Assembly: GCF_006345805.1 (NCBI RefSeq)
Contig: NC_043019.1
Location: forward strand, 4,215,360 to 4,279,359
Reading direction: 5' to 3'
DNA from: Octopus sinensis
Taxonomy: Eukaryota
DNA length: 64,000 bases
Shown: piece by piece, positions 59,000-64,000 of the stretch
Layout: every line of letters starts with the position of its first letter
How positions within the stretch are numbered: position 1 is the stretch's first letter
Translations under genes and position numbers: made by a program
Notes under the pieces: generated by a model
What the model was told of the DNA's origin: nothing
The model's input: the letters and a program-made list of their open reading frames with translations, nothing else
Databases searched by the model: none

Positions 59000-59608
59000 T
59001 TTATATATATATATATATATATATAAATATATATATATATGTTACCCAAAATCCCAAAAGAATATTTTTTCGTCCTCATGTTCTATCTTTGACCAGCCTA
59101 ATTTTGCCCCCCCCCTCTCTCTCTCTTTCTGTTTCGATAACCACTTGCTTCTCCACCACCCCACCCTATATAAACTAGCTCACTCAGATTCCGCTACTTC
59201 ATCTTAATAACACCACCACCCCCGCCCAAAGAATACAAATCCAGAAGATGTACAAATAAGAAATCTTGTTTTCCAACTTCGTACGTCTAACACTTCCCTT
59301 TTCCCGCGTAGATCACAACCCCCTTATTAGTTCTTTTCAGTATTCTATCTATTTCATTTCCTATGTAAACACAGTTTCGTCTTCCCTGAAGTTCCCTTCG
59401 CTCGATCCAATTCTCTCTCTTTCACGTGCATTTACTGTTGTCCCTTATTCATTCATTGATTTAATTTTGTCCACATCGTCCCTTATTCATTTCTCTCATT
59501 TTGTCACAGATTGGCTGACCGAAAATTTAAGATTTTCAGTTCTATTTCATTATTATCATGTTATTCCCCGACACCAGCAGCATTGCTGTTTCGTGGTAAG
59601 GGTAATAA

Positions 59609-59609
<1 letters not shown>

Positions 59610-59654
<45 letters not shown>

Positions 59655-60321
59655 ATATATATAATTATTATACCTATATATATATATATATAATATAGAT
59701 ATTATCTATATATTATATATATATACATATATAATATATATAGGTATATATATATATATATATGTATATTATCTATGTACTATATATAATATATACATAT
59801 ATATATATGTATATATATAATGTATATATATATATATACACATATATATATATATTATATATTATATATACATATATATATACATATATATATATATACA
59901 GATATACATATAGATATATATATATATATATATTACATAGATATATATACATAGATAGATATTATATATATTATACATATATATATATAATCTATATATA
60001 TACATATATATAATAATATATATATAATATATTTCATTTATATATATATATATATTCATTATATATATATATTTTTTTTATATATATAATTATATTCCTT
60101 TATATATATATATAATAATTTCATTATAGATATATATATATATTTCATTTTTGATATATTATATATAATTCATTATATATGTTATATATATATATATGTA
60201 TATATATATGTATATATTATATGATGTATTGTATATGTGGTGTATATATGTATGTAATATATATACATATATACATAATATATATATATATATATACACA
60301 CACACAACATATATATATATA

Positions 60322-60357
<36 letters not shown>

Positions 60358-60370
60358 GTAATGTATAACG
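59610..60370. repeat. degenerate (TA)n/(CA)n microsatellite field
   Basis: About 760 bp of near-pure TA repeats. Confidence 0.95.
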
Positions 60371-60449
60371 ATGAAAAGGAACACACGAGTTGATATATAT
60401 GAAAAAATAAGTCAAAATAGAAAATGCTAAAATAATTTTATAAAGAACA

Positions 60450-60493
60450 TTTCAGTACCGGTTTCAGTCATTTTGAGACCTTTTCAACTGTAA
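60450..60493 (-). ncRNA. minimal type I hammerhead motif with U3-A8 core
   Basis: Minus strand TTACAG-TTGAAAA-GGTC-TCAAAAT-GACT-GAAA-CCGG-TA-CTGAAA; GUA triplet, palindromic stem III ACCGGT. Confidence 0.55.
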
Positions 60494-60546
60494 CGATTAA
60501 ATAATTAAATTTAGATAAATTAAAAGAAATATTTTTTTAAAGGAAG

Positions 60547-60990
60547 GGAGAGTTTACGAAAAAAAGCAAAAGACGAAGACAGGTGGTGCACAAAACAAAC
60601 AGATGTATTTGTATAACGCTCAGGAATAGAGAAAGTCTTTTAGGTTTCGAGCCTACGCTCTTCTACAAAAAAAGACACAGAAAAAAAAAACAAGGAGAGA
60701 AAAAAAAGTGTGTGGTGGCTAACGATCTATCATGGCGACTCCATATATATATATATATATTATAGTATATATATATACTAGATATATATATATATATCTA
60801 TATATATATATATAAGATAGGGAGAGTTTACGAAAAAAAAAAAAAGACGAAGGACAGGTGGTGTACAAAACAAACGGATGTATTAGTATAACGCTCAGGA
60901 ATAGAAAAAGTCTTTTATGTTTTGAGCCAACGCTCTTCTACAGAAAGGGACGGAAAAAGAAATGTGTGTAGTGGCTATCGATCTATCATA
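60547..60990. repeat. two diverged copies of a ~150-170-bp repeat separated by (TA)n
   Basis: GGGAGAGTTTACGAAAAAAA...GCTCTTCTACA begins near 60547 and 60820. Confidence 0.7.
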
Positions 60991-61127
60991 TATATGACAG
61001 GTGGGGAGAAAGCAGCAATACAGTGTGCAGGGCAGTGAGTGCAGAGAAGGGAGTGAGAGACAATCATAATTTATGAAGAGGAAATGTGAGAAAGAGAAAG
61101 GTGCAGCTTAGAAGAGCTGTTACTCTC

Positions 61128-61544
61128 TCTCTTTTACTCTTTTACTTGTTTCAGTCATTTGACTGCGACCATGCTGGAGCACCGCCTTTAGTCGAGCAAA
61201 TCGACCCCGGGACTTATTCTTTGTAAGCCCAGTAGATACTATTCATCGGTCGTCTCTTTGTTGAAACCGCTAGGGACGGGAAACGTAAACACACCAGCAT
61301 CGGTTGTGTCAAGCAATGCTAGGGGACAAACACAGACACAAAACCATACACACACACACACACATATACATACATATATACGACGGGCTTCTTTCAGTTT
61401 CCGTCTACCAAATTCACTCACAAGGCATTGGTCGGCCCGAGGCTATAATAGAAGACACTTGCCCAAGGTGCCACGCAGTGGGTCTGAACCCGGAACCATG
61501 TGGTTGTTAAGCAAGCTACTTACCACACAGCCACTCCTGCGCCT
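61128..61544 (-). mobile_element. SINE family A
   Basis: Full reverse copy. Confidence 0.8.
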
Positions 61545-61746
61545 ATTGTTCAGTTTCTTAGGGTAGAGTAGGTGAAAAGTGTGTTGTTACATGTGGGTGG
61601 GACACAACACTTCTAGAACTCAGGTTCACTGACGTTAGAGGGTCTTCTCTAGAACCTCATATCGCATGATATTTTGGCCCATTCTCATTTCCTCCATGAG
61701 CCCTAGCATTTCCTCCATGAGCCCTAATACCACTTTATTCCATACC

Positions 61747-61978
61747 TATTTCTTTACTACCCACAAGGGGCTAAACACAGAGGGGACAAACAAGGACAGA
61801 CATAGGTATGAAGTCGATTACATCGACCCCAGTGCGTAACTGGTACTTAATTTATCGTCACCGAAAGGATGAAAGGCAAAGTCGACCTCAGCGGAATTTG
61901 AACTCAGAACGTAACGACAGACGAAATACGGCTACGCATTTCGCCCGGCGTGCTGACGTTTCTGCCAGCTCGCCGCCT
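61747..61978 (-). mobile_element. SINE family B
   Basis: Full reverse copy. Confidence 0.8.
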
Positions 61979-61984
61979 TCTATT

Positions 61985-62200
61985 ATTCCATACCTTCCTG
62001 AGTCTTCCTCTTCCACAGGTACCATTCACTTTCAGTGCCGGGCACTTCTCTAGACAGCTGTCTTTACTCATACGCATCACATGTCCAAACCAATATATTC
62101 TCCTCTCCTGCATGCCACATTTAATTCCTCTTCTGTCCAACTTTTCTCTCAACACAGTTTCATTTATGTAATTTATGCACACTGATGTTGTACATCCAAT
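61985..62200 (-). mobile_element. RTE-type LINE 3' fragment
   Basis: LREKLDRRGIKCGMQERRIYWFGHVMRMSKDSCLEKC...GTCGRGRLRKVW. Confidence 0.75.
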
Positions 62201-62843
62201 GGAGCATACTACCTATATGTATGTATGCATGCATGCATGTATGTATGTAGATATGTAAGTACGTACGTATGTTCCAAATCATTTTCTCTCTCCTTCACAG
62301 TTCTCTGTCTTCCACCCTCTCCCTCACTATTCCTCCTTTGCTCACGTGACCATCGGCTATTTTTCTTTCTTCTCCTAACTTGTGTTTCATTCTTTCTTCT
62401 TGTTGCAGCTGGACAAGGAAGACGTATTCTTTTCTGTCTCCTGTCCAAGCTTATTTCTTAATGCTCACCACCACAACCTCGTTTAGGCTTATCAGCCCTT
62501 CCTGTTTGTTTTCACACTCCTGTTTTTGTCACTAATTTTGACCCTCCGCAAAATTGCAAATTTTATTTCATTTGCTTTGCGGGATCAACTGTTTTATCGA
62601 AGGCGTATCTTGTCATGAATTGCTCGAAATACGGATTAGAAAAACAGCCGACAACTGATGAAGGGTCGTTCTTTGTGCTGTTTGTCTTGCTTTAAATTTG
62701 TTTCTTTTCTTGTTCGCAAAATGTCCTCGTACTTCATATCTTTTGTTGTTTATGTTTTGGGACATCCTGTGCCCACATATGCATACGTATATATGTATAC
62801 ATGTAAGTATGTATGTATACGTATGTATATATGCATATATATA

Positions 62844-63087
62844 TACTCTTTTACTTGTTTCAGTCATTTGATTGCAGCCACGCTGGAGCACCGCCTTTAG
62901 TCGAGAAAATCAACCCCTAGGACTTATTCTTTGGAAGCCTAGTACTTATTCTATTGGTCTCTTTTGCCGAACCACTAAGTTACGGGGACGTAAACACACC
63001 ACTATCAATTGTTAAGCGATGTTGGGGGGGACAGACAAACAAACACACAAACACAAACACACACACACACACAACACACACACACAC

Positions 63088-63127
<40 letters not shown>

Positions 63128-63288
63128 CATATATACGATGGGCTTCTTTCAGTTTCCGTCTACCAAACCCACTCGCAAGGCTTCCATCGACCCAAGGCTA
63201 AAGACACAAGGTGCCATGCAGTGGGAATGAACCCAGAAACCATGTGGTTGGTAAGCAAGCTTCTTACCACACAGCCACTCCTACGCCT
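62844..63288 (-). mobile_element. SINE family A
   Basis: Reverse copy with an internal deletion. Confidence 0.75.
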
Positions 63289-63457
63289 ATATATATTATT
63301 TATATTATTATCCATGTATATACATATACACACACATACATATCTATAAGCGTGTGCGTGTGTGATTCGGGTGATCAGATGATGACGTAATTTTTGTAGA
63401 CACATCCAACTAATTTTCTAGTTGACTTCCTGCTTAAACCTCCAACTTAAACTGCAT

Positions 63458-63546
<89 letters not shown>
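63458..63546. repeat. (GATA)n microsatellite
   Basis: About 22 perfect units. Confidence 0.95.
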
Positions 63547-63547
<1 letters not shown>

Positions 63548-63847
63548 TGTGTGTGTGTATGTGTTTGTGTGTCTGTGTTTGTCCCCCCAACATCGCTTGA
63601 CAACCGATGCTGGTGTGTTTACGTCCCCGTAACTTAACGGTTCGGCAAAAGAGAGCGATAGAATAAGTACTAGGCTTACAAAGAAGAAGTCCTGGGGTTG
63701 ATTTGCTCGACTAAACTGAAATTTAGCTATAGATAGCGTTTCACTTCAGCAACTATGTACATATGTAATAGAATATATATATAGACAGGCAAACAACTGT
63801 GATTTCAGGTCAGATCTGAACATTTTCGTATTTATATATTTGATACG

Positions 63848-64000
63848 TGGAGGCGCAATGGCCCAATGGTTAGGGCAGCGGACTCGCGGTCGTAGGATCG
63901 TGGTTTCGATTCCCAGACCGGGCGTTGTGAGTGTTTATTGAGCGAAAACACCTAAAAAGCTCCACAAGGCTCTGGCACGGGGTGGTGGCGATCCCTGCTG
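63848..64000 (+). mobile_element. SINE family C (runs off the window)
   Basis: TGGAGGCGCAATGGCCCAATGGTTAGG head. Confidence 0.75.

Noticed and set aside
833-63405. Many 60-160-aa ORFs such as [13 protein letters not shown]..., MLGGQTQTH..., ...[29 protein letters not shown]
   Set aside because: Recurrent chance translations of SINE family A, B and E copies and of TA/CA microsatellites.

Overview
Eukaryotic, AT-rich, repeat-dominated DNA. The SINE families suggest octopus; this is an inference, not a database result. One protein-coding gene can be reconstructed on the + strand from 10 exons (4122-44705). All introns are GT-AG with consistent phases, and the 2571-nt CDS gives 856 aa plus stop. 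The protein has an NB-ARC-like STAND NTPase (FVGR, Walker A GLPYVGKT, Walker B ICIFDD, GLP motif, winged helix) followed by TPR repeats, i.e. an NLR-like architecture. No N-terminal effector domain is visible, and the sensor-1 and MHD positions are atypical. The rest of the window is intronic or intergenic repeat: at least five SINE-like families, R4/Dong-, RTE-, CR1- and Penelope-type retroelement fragments, mariner, hAT, piggyBac and Helitron derivatives, and several tandem arrays. The largest array is a 13.6-kb 72-bp satellite in intron 8, which produces all the giant His/Thr/Pro ORFs. Several small fold-back cassettes carry hammerhead-ribozyme cores, two of them with a U3-A8 compensatory core. 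Bases 1-830 and parts of the satellites look like indel-rich, unpolished long-read sequence. Repeat boundaries are approximate unless a target-site duplication is given.
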